Positions 45,818 through 60,673 are shown, counted from the stretch's first letter. The stretch is DNA of 64,000 bases from the human T2T-CHM13v2.0 reference genome, Homo sapiens (GCF_009914755.1 NC_060934.1); one strand, 5' to 3'. Notes: generated by a model from the letters alone, not told the origin. Made by a program: numbers and translations.

Positions 45818-46745
45818 CCTACTCATCTGACAAAGGGCTAATATCCAGAATCTACAATGAATTCAAACAAATTTACAAGAAAAAAACAAACAACCCCATC
45901 CAAAAGTGGGCAAAGGATATGAACAGACACTTCTCAAAAGAAGACATTTATGCAGCCAAAAAACATATGAAAAAATGCTCATCATCACTGGCCATCAGAG
46001 AAATGCAAATCAAAACCACAATGAGATACCATCTCACACCAGTTAGAATGGTGATCATTAAAAAATCAGGAAACAACAGGTGCTGGAGAGGATGTGGAGA
46101 AATAGGAACACTTTTACACTGTTGGTGGGACTGTAAACTAGTTCAACCATTGTGGAAGTTGGTGTGGCAATTCCTCAGGGATCTAGAACTAGAAATACCA
46201 TTTGACCCAGCCATCCTATTACTGGGTACATACCCAAAGGATTATAAATCATGCTGCTATAAAGACACATGCACACATGTTTATTGCGGCACTATTCACA
46301 ATAGCAAAGACTTGGAACCAACCCAAATGTCCAACAATGATAGACTGGATTAAGAAAATGTGGCACATATACACCATGGAATACTATGCAGCCATAAAAA
46401 ATGATGAGTTCATGTCCTTTTTAGGGACATGGATGAAGCTGGAAACCATCACTCTCAGCAAACTATTGCAAGGACAAAAAACCAAACACCGCATGTTCTC
46501 ACTCATAGGTGGGAATTTAACAATGAGAACACATGGACACAGGAAGGGGAACATCACACACCACACACCGGGGACTGTTGTGGGGTTGGGGGAGCGGGGA
46601 GGGATAGCATTAGGAGATATACCTAGTGCTAAATGACGAGTTAATGGGTGCAGCACACCAACATGGCACATGTATACATATGTAACAAACCTGCACGTTG
46701 TGCACATGTATCCTAAAACTTAAAGTAAAATAATAATAAAAAAAG
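45818..46745 (+). mobile_element. 5'-truncated L1PA3/PA4-like (ORF2 C-terminus and 3'UTR)
   Basis: ORFs 45805-46353 and 46202-46636 encode the ORF2p C-terminus ([18 protein letters not shown]; [13 protein letters not shown]) with a frameshift. 3'UTR has the GAG (non-Ta) diagnostic, gctaaatgacgagttaatggg. Confidence 0.93.
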
Positions 46746-47949
46746 AGATAGAAATATGAATGTAACTCTATGATTCAATTTACTTAAATTTCACAACTAG
46801 GTAGAAGTCAGAAAAATAGTTACATCTGGGGTAGGAGCTTGGGGAATACTTATAATGGTCCTAATCTTGATCTTGGTTTTGCTTTCACAATTATATTCTC
46901 TAGGTTAAAATTTGTTGAGCTGTACATTTATGGCTTGCAAATTTTTTACATTATAATTTAATAAAAAAATGTTTGGGAAAATATTCAACATCCATTTATA
47001 ATAAAATATTTTAGTCAATCCAGAATGAAACAATATTGTCTTAAAATATGAAAAAGAATAATTCTCAAATCAATATCCATTACAGCTTAAATATTTAAAC
47101 ACTAGAAGTGATTCCATTAAAGTAGGGGAAAACACAAGAGAGCTTACCATCTCTGTCATTAAAAATTGTTCTGGAAATATCAGTCAATACCACAAGGAAA
47201 GGAAAGGAATACAGTATAAATATTAGAAAAGGATCAGTAAATTTTCATTATTTAGAAATAACATGATGGTATACCTCAAAGTCCAAGTGAAATATTTGGA
47301 ATATTAATTTTTAAAAAAGAATCCTAATTAAGTGTCTGGCTAACAAAAGTAATATTAAAAAACCAATAGTTTGTCTGCAAACAAATGATAATTAAGATTA
47401 CACAAAAATGGAAAAATTACACTGACAGATGCAAGACAAAAATAAACACCAATGAATGAAATTTATGAGAAATAGGAAACAAAACTAAAACTCTGCTGAG
47501 ATCAAATGAAAAAAGAAAACTGAATAATAGAACTCAATATTGCAAAGTATAAACTGATCTATATATTTATGAACTCCACAAATGCCAAAGTTATTTTGGG
47601 GGCAGTAGGGATTTGATAACGTAATGTATCATGTATATCCTTAAAAGTTAAGATGTAAAAAGAGCCAAGAAAATTCTGAGGAAGAATGATATTGAAGAAT
47701 TTATATTCACTACTATAGTAAGGGCCTGAAGAGAGATCAGAAGCAAATACTAAGATCAGTGGATTATCTAGTAACCAGTTTTGAGACAGCTAGCTAGATT
47801 TTCTTCTGCTGGGAGGCTCAGGGAGAGAACCAGATACCTAGCTTACTTCTTAGCCAAAATAAATCACCAATGGATACAAGATTTAAATATACAAAAATAA
47901 ATCATAAAACTGATAGTAGAAAACATGGATGAATCTTTTTACAATCTTG

Positions 47950-48180
47950 GCACTAACTATATGCCAGGTAGCATTGTAAGTACTTTATATATAATAACTA
48001 ATTTAATCCTCACAGCACTAAGAAGTAGATATTATTATCAACCGTCTTTTACAGAAGAGGAAACTGAGACATAGATGGGTTAAGTGTTTTGTGCAAGTTA
48101 ATAGAGCTAGTAAGCACAAGAGAAGTGACCTGAACCTAAGCAGTCTGGTTCCAGAGTGTATGCTCTGAACTACCACATGA
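47950..48180 (-). mobile_element. MIR
   Basis: Contains tttacagaagaggaaactgagacatag. Confidence 0.85.
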
Positions 48181-48767
48181 CACTGCTTCTATGATGACCA
48201 GATAGATGCAGTAGCATGCTATGTACCCTAAATATACACACAGATGAAGCTTAGCCTTCTGCATTTCAAAATATGATAAGTGAAGTTAGAAAACCCTAAC
48301 AAAGTGGGAAAACATAGCATATATTACAGACAAGGTACTAAATTTTCTTTAATATATGAAGAACTCATACAAATCACTTGCAAATGGACAAGTAAAGGGA
48401 AAAAAGAAAGAAAAAGAAAAACATTAACAAGCAGTTTACTGAAAAGAAATACTAATAAGCTTATACGCAGTGCCACTCATCTTACACAAGCACAAGTGAA
48501 AACCACGTTGAGACATAATTTTTATCAACCACATTGTCAACTATTGAAAAGTTTACTACTACTCAATGTTTTGACCAGGTTGAGGGAAAACAGGCTTATT
48601 GTTGGAAGTGTAAATTGGTAGAATTTTAAAATACTAATTTGGTAACATGCATCAAAAAACTTAATGTGCTTATCATTTGACCCATTAATTCCACTTCTAG
48701 CTGTCTATTCCATAGATGTATAAGTGTCTGAAGACATATAGGCATAAGAATGTTCATTGAATCATTG

Positions 48768-49091
48768 TTTTTTGTTTGTTTTGTTTTGTTTTGTTTTGTT
48801 TTTTGAGACAGAGTCTCACTCTATCGCCCAGGCTGGAGTGCAGTGGTGTGATCTCAGCTCACTGCAACCTCCACCTCCAGGTTCAGGTAATTCTCCTGTC
48901 TCAGCCTCCCGAGTAGCTGAGACTACAGGCATGCACCACCACACCTGGGTATTTTTTTTTTTTGTATTTTTCGTAGAGATGGGGTTTCACTATGTTGGCC
49001 AGGCTGGTCTTGAACGCCTGACCTTAAATGATCCACCCGCCTCGGCCTCCCAAAGTGCTGGGATTACAGGTGTGAGCCACTGTGCCCGACC
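48768..49091 (-). mobile_element. AluS
   Basis: TSD TGA(A/G)TCATTGTTT. Confidence 0.92.
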
Positions 49092-49837
49092 TGAGTCATT
49101 GTTTATCAGTGCTGCTTAATGTAAATCAACTACATTGCTAAGAGCACTGTACATTCAGCTGACTTTTTTTCTTATAAGAAGATTTTCTTGAATGAAGAAA
49201 GAAGTCCATTTTGTTGCAAGCTCCTTATCCCAATATGAAATAGCACTTTGAGTAGCACTAGTTTATAATAATTAAAAATTGGAAATAACCCAAAAGTTCA
49301 TCAGTGGGCTATCTGCTAAATAAATTATAATAGATCCAAAAATAATAGAACCCCATGTAGGTGCTTTTCATCTTGTACCCTTCTATACTGTTTACAATTT
49401 TCTACAATTAGCATAAATTACATCTATAATTTTTTAAAACACTTGTAATTAAAAATTTTAATTTTGTTTAAAAGTCAAAAATATCTGTCAGATTAGACTC
49501 ATTGTAGGTCAAATTTCCAGAAACTGGCTTTGGACTAAAATTTGTTGTAGAAGACCTAGTGAGACCATCTTACCTGGGGTGAATTCGCATGGAGTCATTT
49601 GTACAAAATGTAAAAACACCTCAGCTTTTTTTTTGTTTCCAAACTCAGAAATCTGTTTTTCCTCTCCTTGAGAGAAAAAGTTTATTGTGGCCAATTCACA
49701 CTTCTCCCAAACCAAAGTTTTAGTCCATCTCTAAGATGGGTCTCAAAGCTCGGAGTGGTGAAGTCAGGATTCTACTCCTGCAGTGTGGCAATCTATCTTC
49801 TAATTCCAATCATAATGGTTACAAAGAAGAGCAGGAC

Positions 49838-50138
49838 TGACTGGGCACGGTGGCTTACGCCTGTAATCTCAGCACTTTGAGAGGCTGAGGCGGGTGGATC
49901 ACCTGAGGTCGGGAGTTCGAAACCAGCCTGGCCAACATGGTGAAACCCTGTCTCTATTAAAACTAAAAAATTAGGCAGGTGTGGTGGCACATGCCTGTAC
50001 TACTCGGGAGGCTGAGGCAGGAGAATCGCTTGAACCTGGGGGGGCAGAGGCTGCAGTGAGCCGAGGTCGCACCACTGCACTCCAGCCTGGGCGACAGAGT
50101 AAGACTCCATCTCAAGAAGAAAAAAAAAACAAAAAAAA
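49838..50138 (+). mobile_element. AluSx-like
   Basis: Full dimer with a short deletion; CAGGAC on both flanks. Confidence 0.9.
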
Positions 50139-51099
50139 CAGGACCAAGAAGTTCTTAGTGCTCACAAGGACCCAATGATGGTGACCCTAACACACATTTG
50201 ACAGAATCTAGGGGTCCTATATGCTTCATGGAAACTACAGTTTACAGTGCCAGAAAGTGTGAGACATGAGGCCTTTTAGGGCTGCGTGGAATACGGTCAT
50301 AATCGCTAACATTTGTACAGTGCCATGCAGTTTGCAAAGTGCTTTTATATCGACTGCCTCATTGACTCCCCACAACAGATCGTTGGAGTAGGTAAATTTC
50401 ACAGGTCTAATTTTATAGGTGCAAACAATGGGTATAGAAAGAAGGCTTATGCTTATTTCCCAAAGGTACTAAGAAGTGAAGTAGCAAAGCCAGAGCATGC
50501 CAGCCCAGGTTCTTACCACCACAACACACCGCCTTCCAAGGCATGACTTTCCTATGCCATCCCTGGCAGGACAGCATGGGTGGCTTGCTCTTCTTCTCTG
50601 TGTTTATTTGCATGCTGTGACACCATTGAGCTGGATAAGTTTAAAAGCAGGCTATGGCTGTTGCCACTGTTTGTTAAACATTGCTACTTGGAGCAGACGG
50701 AGAACACAGGCAGCAGCTTGAGTTTTTCTTAGCCATCTTGAACAGTATCAAGCAGGACAAACAGAGGGAAAGCAATTCTTGTTTATCCCAAAGAAGGAAG
50801 TGACAGCACATATCGTGTTTTCTGTTGGAATGTCTGTTCTGCCTTGGCTTCGCAACGCTTTATGCTTTTTGCCTGGAAGTTTTAAGTGATGATGCTAAAA
50901 TGATCTTCCTTGAAGGCCTTTCTAACTCTGATACCAATTTTCACCATTGCACAGCAGCTTTTCTTGTCAGGCATCTCTCCCTCTCTACAGCTGTCCATTA
51001 AACTACCCATGTCTTATGTTCCATTTATTTTAAATATTTCTACTTTCTTGTGCATAAAGCCTGAATAGAGGAATTGTAACTATGCAATAATATGTTCCA

Positions 51100-51320
51100 G
51101 TTACCAAGCACCTATTATCTGACAGACACTGAGGTAGGCACTTTATGTATTGCATTTTATCTCAATCTTAGTGCAAACCCTACAAGGTATAGCTCCTTAC
51201 TCCCACTTTGCAGATGAAGAAACCAGATAAGAATGACTAAGTAGTAAGGGACAGAGCTGAGATTCAAAGGTAGTTCTGTCTAGCTTCAAAGCCAAGGTTT
51301 TCTCTCCAGTGCAGAGCACA
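51100..51320 (-). mobile_element. MIR
   Basis: Contains cccactttgcagatgaagaaacc...agagctgagattcaaa. Confidence 0.75.
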
Positions 51321-51626
51321 CCACAAATAATGCTAATTGTATTAGTGAGGGAAAGAAGGTATTACGTGAAAATGTTCATTTTAAAGTTAGGTATTTTAAT
51401 AGTCGGCATCACACTCCCTTTTCCTCAGTCTTCGAAAGCTGGATTGGTGGCCTAAGGTGATGAAATTCAAACCTAATACAAATGCAGCACTCCCATATCA
51501 TATCCCTTAACAGTCTAAGGAGAATTGCTGAATATAATGGGCCCGTCTGTTCTACTGCTTCATCTACCTGGTCAGCTCTCAAAGGAAAACAAAATCCATA
51601 CGATCATCGAGGTCTAGAAATTAACT

Positions 51627-51632
51627 TTTATT
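51627..51632 (-). terminator. MKX: Distal poly(A) signal AATAAA of MKX (second AATAAA at 51667-51672)
   Basis: tttatt on + strand. The mRNA continues AATAAAAGTTAATTTCTAGACC... followed by U/GU-rich GGATTTTGTTTTCCTTT. Confidence 0.75.
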
Positions 51633-52109
51633 TTAAATCTGTCAAGAACTCCTGGCAGTTATTAATTTTATTAAAATGATTACATATGGCAAAACAAAGA
51701 ATAGAGGTAATTCTATTTCTCTACAACATAAATTATGAGTTAGATTTTCAGCTGCCGGCTCAGCATTGTTCAAGATTCTTTTAAAGGACTGGGGGGATTT
51801 TAATATCCAGAAAATGTTAAAGCAGCAAAAGAAAAAATAAATTAAAAAGTCATTGCAATTGGAGATATTACCAAGGATGTGCTTACTATAAAGTCTTCTT
51901 GACATGTTAATTATAAAATCTTCCAACCTTTGGTATTAAAAAAAATCATGTGAATAGTTGTCCTATATTGCCTTGTCATCTATAATTTATAACATAGAAG
52001 AAATTTGCTGATTTTTTTAAAAAGATGGCAAACATGAATCATGACTCATTCAAATAAAATACAACCAGCATTCATTCATTTAACTGAAATATGTCAAAAC
52101 AAAAACACT

Positions 52110-52115
52110 TTTATT
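52110..52115 (-). terminator. MKX: Candidate proximal poly(A) signal of MKX
   Basis: mRNA reads ATTAAA(52122-52127)...AATAAAAGTGTTTTTGTTTTGACA. Confidence 0.5.
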
Positions 52116-53961
52116 AACATATTTAATACCAGAATAACTTATAATAGTATGAAAAAGAGTGAAGTATTTGTCTTTAGTTTTCATTGACATGCTCACATTT
52201 TGGCATTTTTGTATTGTTTTGCAAAGATTCCAAAGTTTTTATCAGAGATCTCTAACTATTTAAGGATGCAAACCAAAAGAACTCATACTTCATCTGATCA
52301 TACAGTCATAACTTATATATTTTGCTTTGCGCTTACTGTTACTGCAAACAGCAATTTAGAAAACAAAGTAAAAATATATATATATACACAAAATATTTTT
52401 ATATCAAATTATCTTCATTACACTAAATAAACCCAATCCCCAAATGTTATGTTACATGAAAAAGTGTCCTACAATTTAGATCAAGACTGATACTGTCCAT
52501 CAACTAGAGCAGCCTTTGGTTTTAAAAGCATTTTGCAAAATAAAGAAAAATGTCACCACTGGCTGCACTATTGACCCTCATTCACACTGACAAAAATGCT
52601 TTCCAGTTTAAAAAAAAAATAGATTACATACCCAGAAAAAAAAAATCCCATCATAAAAAGTCAAACCCTTTTTACTTCTCTGTAGCACATACCCTCTGTT
52701 ATATTTGGCATTTCCACTGCTTATTCAAGTTTCAGGTCTTCCCAAGCTGATTGGAATATTATTGTTTAGTTGAGAAAGATAGTCTTCTTTCTTGATATTG
52801 ATTATTCTCACTCAATGGTAGACTAATTTAGAAACAAAATGTTTTCTTTCAATGCATGATTTCACTTCATTTTTACTTTAATGTCCAACTTGGCAAAATT
52901 CAAACTGTTCAATGTTTTGTTTTCCATATGTTTTAAATTTAAAAATCAATTTTATGTATGTATATGTATAGCCGCACAGAGATACATTTCTTTCATTCTG
53001 TTGTTCTCGCTGCAATACAAATTGTCCATCAGCAATTGTAATTTGAAACAAACCAAATAAAAGATTTTTAGTCATTCCATACGAACACAGTTTCCATCAC
53101 AAAAAGACAGTGAGCTCTAATGCAAACAGGATTATGTTTTAAAACTACAGGTTTAGTTTTACACAGGAAAATTTTGAGTTATTTGTATAATAAAGTTTTT
53201 TTTTAAACTTCAGCAGAACTTGAGAAACAAATCCAGATTAATTCTAAAGGGCTTTGTGGTGCTTTCCAACAGTGCTTGAAAAAAAGTTTTCCTGGTCACC
53301 ATGTGTTCAATGAAATTTTAAATTAGCTTGAAGGAATCACTTCTTAAATGTACAACGTTCTGTGGATCGCTGCACCTTGAATTTTGGAAGTTTGTAACAT
53401 ATCAAATATGCAGGCAAGATACATGCATAAAATTCTCACCGTCACTCTGAAAAGCACATTGAACAATTTTCAATAATGTAGACGTTTTTTAAAAGGAAGA
53501 TTTCATTTGGGCTGAACAGATATCCAAGTTTTAACATATGAATTATTGAATGTATTTCAAGGGCTTTCAGCGATTCTGGTTTCAGTCCTGGAATGATTAG
53601 GCCCGTCTGGAATGATGCACACAGGCTAATAAGCATATGGCGTTGGCATTTTGAGGCATAGCTTGTTCAACTATGCCCACGTTGGAGCTTATTGTCGGGA
53701 AGCAAGGCACTTACTGTAATGGTAATGCAGATGTTTTATGCATAGTTTGAGTAACATAAAATAAGTTAATATTTTTGATTAAAATGAGTTTTTTATAATT
53801 TATATGTCTTTTATAGAAGCAACTAAATGATATATTTGGGATAATTAAAAATAAGAAGAGGTTTGGGAGAGAGTCATTTTCATCCCTGCTTCGGCTCTTA
53901 GGATGAGGGTTGATGAAAACACCGGAAAGAACATCCATTGGATCTGAAAAGCAACAAGCTC

Positions 53962-54148
53962 TTAAAACTGCTGCACCAGCGGCACTTTGACAGTCTTTAC
54001 TTCTGCTATATGGGACGACTTCTGGATGATGCAGCTGGTAGTTCCCTGCAGTTTGTCCTTTCCCTGTGCAAGATTTGTTAAGGCCATAGCTGCGTTGATC
54101 TCCTTCCAATACGTGTCATCCTTGCTTGGTCCTTTTCTGTTAGCTGCG
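53962..54148 (-). CDS. MKX: MKX last coding exon: (S)AANRKGPSKDDTYWKEINAAMALTNLAQGKDKLQGTTSCIIQKSSHIAEVKTVKVPLVQQF*
   Basis: Acceptor ttctgttttgcttaactccag|CGCAGCT is in phase with the 34-nt exon (AG|C = Ser). TAA stop at 53962-53964. Matches the recalled C-terminus of Mohawk homeobox protein and ORF 53962..54162. Confidence 0.96.
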
Positions 54149-54253
54149 CTGGAGTTAAGCAAAACAGAAAGTAAACGATCAAACTCACTGCAGTTTGCAT
54201 TGAAAATGCCATCGCTGAAAAGCAGGAACGGCCAATGGGAACATTTTGCTCAC
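54149..54253 (-). other. MKX: MKX terminal intron (105 nt, GT-AG)
   Basis: GTGAGC donor and pyrimidine tract/CAG acceptor join the two exons in frame. Confidence 0.93.
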
Positions 54254-54287
54254 CTTTCACCCTTATTGGATCCGTTTTCCAGAGTGT
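54254..54287 (-). CDS. MKX: MKX penultimate coding exon (34 nt): (D)TLENGSNKGE(S)
   Basis: Minus strand reads ttttgcttttctttacag|ACACTCTGGAAAACGGATCCAATAAGGGTGAAAG|gtgagc, with canonical acceptor and donor. Peptide matches the recalled human MKX sequence ...YRTDTLENGSNKGESAANRK... Confidence 0.95.
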
Positions 54288-54721
54288 CTGTAAAGAAAAG
54301 CAAAAATTCAATTATTTTTATGTTTTTCCTTTCTTTTCTCATCTCAGGAGTTTCATCACTAATGACCAGAAGTAAAAGTTCTTCAGGAAATATGGTTGAA
54401 AATTAGTTCGCTTTTAATAAAGATAAAGCAGTTTATATTAAGATGCAAAAAAAATTGCAAAGGGGCAGAAGTAAGATGACAGTGGGTAGTAAAGAATAAA
54501 AGGTAGCTCTCATAGATACACAAAAATCTGAAGTTATTTACTCTGAGAAATTGGGCCTTTTGGATCAGGAGACAAACAGCATAAGGAAAAGAGTGCTGAC
54601 TGTACCTGGGGCCAGGTTCTGGCCTTGCCCTACTACCCACTTGCAGTGTAACCTGGGGGCAGATTATGACCTCCCACAATGTCAGGGATTCAGTTCTCTA
54701 ACTATAAAATCAGGGAGCTTT

Positions 54722-55409
<688 letters not shown>

Positions 55410-57830
55410 GTTATCAAACATTTATTTCAGACAAAGGATGGGCAAATAGTTCCCTCTGCTAGTTAGCAAATGAGTAACGGACCCAATGGTGATAGCAATA
55501 CAGGATTTCCTGGCATATTTATTAGAAGAAGCAGGCATTGGTCCTCAATTTCCAAAACAACGCCTCCTCCTGCTGCTGCAGGAAATGAAAGTTAGGATGC
55601 TAGCTTTTGCTTCTGCACTCACATCTTTGGTTTAGATTTGCTGCTTCACTCAGAACACGAATGTCTCCCAACACCACATAAATATAAAGAACCCACGAAA
55701 ATGGGTTCTCAAGCTCCTTAGGCTAAAAGAATCTGGTATGAGTAACACAAAAATTTACCTACTGAAGGGAAAGATGTAGGGTGGTAGTAGAGAGGCTACT
55801 GGCATGGCATCCGAGCAAAGGAGTGGGGTTGAGACTCCAAAACCAGATAGTGGGTAAGCCCCTCTTCATCATCATCGTCATCATCATCCACAACAATAAT
55901 CAATGTTACTGGGGAGCTACTGCACTTGGCACTGTGCTGCACACAGGAAACCTGGAAAACGCAAGGCCCTCTGCTAGTTCTACGGCCTTTGCAAAACTGT
56001 CTTTTCCTGCCCTTAGTCCTCTCCCTTCCTTTTACGCCCCCTGCCCCTGCCAACCCAATATTTCTCACAATTTCTTTTTCTCTGCACTGCTCAAGGCTAG
56101 TTAGGAAACGCAACCTAATTTCCAATTCTGAGCTCTAAGACAGTCACAGAACTAGAAGAGGTCTGAGAAGAATAACGTCAACATGATCGTCATATAGTCT
56201 AACCAGGGCAAAATTTCCCAGGAAGAGATAGTCAAGAGAAAATAAATTATATGCCCATGAGGCAGCCAAGCTTCGATGCCCTCTCTGAAGGAAAAGAATG
56301 GGGAAAGCCTGCTGACCTATCCTGAGTTAAGCCTTAAGGTGTAGACCACGAGACAATCATGGGTCACTCTGAGCTCTTTTCACAACCCTTCACGTAAGGA
56401 ACTTAAATAAACAAGGCGAACAAACAAAACAAAAGGATTTAGTGAACAAATGGCAAGGTTGTTGTGAAGAACACATGAGATCATGTGTGTCTGGCCCAGA
56501 ATGGAACAACAAGTGTTAGTTCCTTTGGTCTCCTTTCACTGACTACTCAGGCAGCATTTTATAAGGTTTTAGGGATCCTTTGGGGGAAATAATTGGATCT
56601 GTGAACAGTTAGATCGTTACCTTCTGCAGCTCTGCCAGCTTCTGGCTCTTACAGGGTCAGCCTGGATGCTTAGCTATACCTCTGCTACTTTCCATAATTT
56701 TGCAATATAAAGTAACTCATGTAAATGCAGGAAAAGAATGATCATTTGTAATTTACAGAACTCTGATATGCTGATTTACAGATCACTTACTACGTGCCAG
56801 GCACAATTCTGAGTACTTTGTGTCCTAATTTATTTACTACTACTGACTTTGTGTATGGATAGCATGTCTCCATAGTATCTGCGAAGTCATTTTTTATTGA
56901 GTTCTATTCTCCTATCTGTAAATCTTCACTCAGTAAGGACAGAGACAAGGCGCTACCAGAACAGAGAACAAGTCAAGGCTTTCGTTTGGGAGAAGGAAAG
57001 CCAGCAAATTGGACATTTTACAGAGGAAAAAAAAATGAGTTAGGCCTTTGCTCCATTTTGCCCACAAATTGCAACAATTCTGTTGCCAAAGTGAAGCAAT
57101 AGGTTATGGAGATATTTATTCAATGGAAAGACTTGGCAAAAGCAGAATAATTTCCGTGAGGCTTAAATAACGTTAGGGAAATAACAAAACATAATTTAGA
57201 GAAGACTATGTAACTGACACTCTGGCTCCCAGATGAAGCCATCTCACATAGGCGAAGGAGACCAGAACCCTGTTCCCTACCTGAACTGTCAATCTCAGAG
57301 TGGTTACTGCACAGACAAGAAGAAAGCCTGTGGCTATCAAATATGTTATGGGTTGCAGAACCCGTCAATGTATCAATGCCATCAATGCATGGAGCCTGCA
57401 CGTGGAAGGAGAAGATGTAATTCACGGCTCAGGTCCATGGAGAGCTTCTATTTAAGATGAGGAGTCAACTTGTATGTCTTGCAGCCCCATGAGCTCCTGG
57501 CTGTAGCTAGCACTCCCTGTGGCTGACTCCTTGAACTTGTTCCACTGAGAAACACGTTTACTGCAGCCAACTGTGAAATTATAAAATTCTGCTTACTCTT
57601 TGGGTGTATGTGTTTGACACTTTGGTGCCTATGAAAATACCTTTGAAGTGCAAAAACGTAGACTCAAGTCCCCATTCAGGTATTCTTAATTGGGTTTTAC
57701 AAATCTCAGCAATGTACTACACAGGATTCAATAGACTGAATTCTGTATTTTATTCTTCAGGCAGATGGGCACATTCAATGTCAGTAGGTATAGATTGGGT
57801 TCCTCTCCAATAACAGAAAAAAATCATCTT

Positions 57831-58016
57831 ACATCACACACCAGGGCCTGTCGGGAGGTGGGGGGTTGGGGGAGGGAAAGCATTAGGAGAAATACCTAAT
57901 GTAAATGACAAGTTGATGAGTGTAGCAAACCAACATGGCACATGTATACCTATGTAACAAACCTGCACGTTGTGCACATGTACCCTAGAACATAAAGAAT
58001 AATACAATGAAAAAAA
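57831..58016 (+). mobile_element. L1PA (PA5-7-like) 3' terminal fragment
   Basis: Contains gcattaggagaaatacctaatgtaaatgac...aacctgcacgttgtgcacatgtaccctagaac. Confidence 0.9.
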
Positions 58017-59895
58017 GAATTTCTATTAAAAACAAAGTAATGGAGAATAGTGTGAAAACTGCATACAACAAAGCTCAATCTCAAAGACTGAAATCAACAA
58101 GGAAAAGCTGCTTACCACCACTTGGGAAGGGCCGGGGGTGGGCAGTCTCTGTGTTCAAAGTGATTTTAGTTCAAAAAATGAATTGACGTTAGAAGGGCAC
58201 GCTTTTCCTGAGGCTGTTACTGGTGGGCTGCTCAGTGTCACTAGGGTATTTTGAGTCCAAGTGCCACCTCCTGTGGAGTAACGTGTTCTGGTTCCCAGAA
58301 GAGCCAACCCGGCAAAAGGAAGACAGCAAACAGAGCCCTTTGACTCTGAAACATTTGTGCTTTTTTAGGAAAGCAAGGACTCTAAAGATCTGGGAGTCTG
58401 GGGAGTTGTTTCTTTTTTTTCTATTTGTTGTGCTAAGATGAAATCTGGAGAAATGTCACAGCTTTTAGAGAACTGATATCATTTGATGGGAATTCAGAAA
58501 ATTTACAATCTTCTCATTATACTAACTGGTTGTATTAAGTGTTGTAATTTTTTTTTCTTATGCTCTTTCCCTTTGAAGTAAAAACTTATCAGCTCTTCTC
58601 TGGCTCAAGTGTGCTGTGTGTTGTGTCTTTGCAGCTCATGGTCAGTATTTGAGGAGCAGTGGGTCTGTGTACCCACCACTGGCGGTCATAGGGGTCCTGA
58701 CACATCTGTCCACTGCTGACAGGTGGTCTCACCGGCTCCACTCGAGAAGTGGCACCTAGTAGCTCCAGAAACAATCAGACAGGAGAGGGAAGGATTGTGC
58801 ATGTTGTGAAAGAGGGAAAATGCAAGTTGGAGCTAACTCCTGGTATGTAGACTCTTGAGAGCAGTTCATTAGCATGCACAGACTCAGGGTCTGACTGCCC
58901 CACATTTGGCTCGGCTATATCTCTTACTCTGCAAGTAGCTTGGCTCAGCCTCTCCAAAGTCTGAGCTAAAATGCCTTTTTAGATTCCAAGGTTCCAAAAA
59001 TCAGCTACACTGTCAATTACCATAAAAGCAACTGGTTGGCAGGAACAGCTTACTGAACCAGCCAAAAGAGCGTGTTTTAAGACCAAAAAAGAAAAGAAAA
59101 GAAAAAAAAAAAAAAAAGAGGTGTGTAGTTAGGAAAATCTTGGATGCTGCAAAACCCAAACCATGTTGAAACTTAAAGTGGGGCTATCCTCAGTTTGGAC
59201 ATGTGTTTCCTTCTACAGTTAAGTAGAGAAAAAATTATACAGAAAACTCAGTTCCAATGCAACTTGAGATAGCTAAGCAAAAAGCTCTGTGGCCAACTGT
59301 GAAAAATGCAACTCAGAAGCACATTAATTCTGATATATATTCCTGATGTTATATTTGTAGCCATAAAAAGAGACCAAAACGTGGCCAAATCTTTTTCTCT
59401 GAGGTTTTTAAAAAATTTAATAAATAAGCTGTAAAGGGAAAAATGTTTTTGTTTCACAGATGCCACTGAAACGTAAGTAAAATGAGGTGAGACTTAGAAT
59501 TCAGGTTTTTAAATTAAATAATCCAAAAATTATATATGTTTCCCTAAATTAAAATGGAGGGAGTAGAAGAAAAAAAACTTTTGAGATCATGGAAAGGGAA
59601 GTAAATGAGTCAGTGAGAAATCATTACTGAAATAGCTCGGCCAAGGGGGAAAACAAAGACAGACCACTAGGATTATTTGAGTGGGAAGAGGAAGCCACTC
59701 ATATTTTAAAACAATAAAAGAAGGTACAGTTGTGCGCCACCTAACGATAATTCGGTCAGTGGCAAACCATACATACGACAGTGGCCCATAAGATTATAAT
59801 GGAGCTGAAAAATTCCTATCACCTAGTGACATCGTAATGTGGTCATGCCACACATTGCTCATGTATTTGTGGTGATGCTGGTGTAAAGAAACCTA

Positions 59896-60308
<413 letters not shown>

Positions 60309-60374
60309 TTACTATATTTTTTATTGTTATTTGAGAGTGTGCTCCTTCACCTTAGATTTAAAAAGTTAACTGTA

Positions 60375-60673
<299 letters not shown>

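Larger units (their letters stand above)
51608..53961 (-). other. MKX: MKX 3'UTR (~2.35 kb, AU-rich, no interspersed repeats)
   Basis: Unique AT-rich sequence after the stop codon, ending at tandem AATAAA signals. The 3' end is approximate. Confidence 0.85.

Noticed and set aside
45805-46636. 182-aa and 144-aa ORFs with a Cys-rich motif
   Set aside because: Frameshifted L1 ORF2p C-terminus of a 5'-truncated L1PA; not a host gene.
54183-54188. Cryptic GTGAGT donor inside the MKX last intron
   Set aside because: It would leave a 40-nt intron, too short for efficient human splicing, and it lies downstream of the in-frame TGA.
53987-54406. 139-aa + strand ORF
   Set aside because: Antisense shadow of the MKX exons with no independent support.
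58261-58276. CTCF-like GTGCCACCTCCTGTGG (also CACCATCTAGGGG at ~5473)
   Set aside because: Imperfect cores that are expected by chance in 64 kb.
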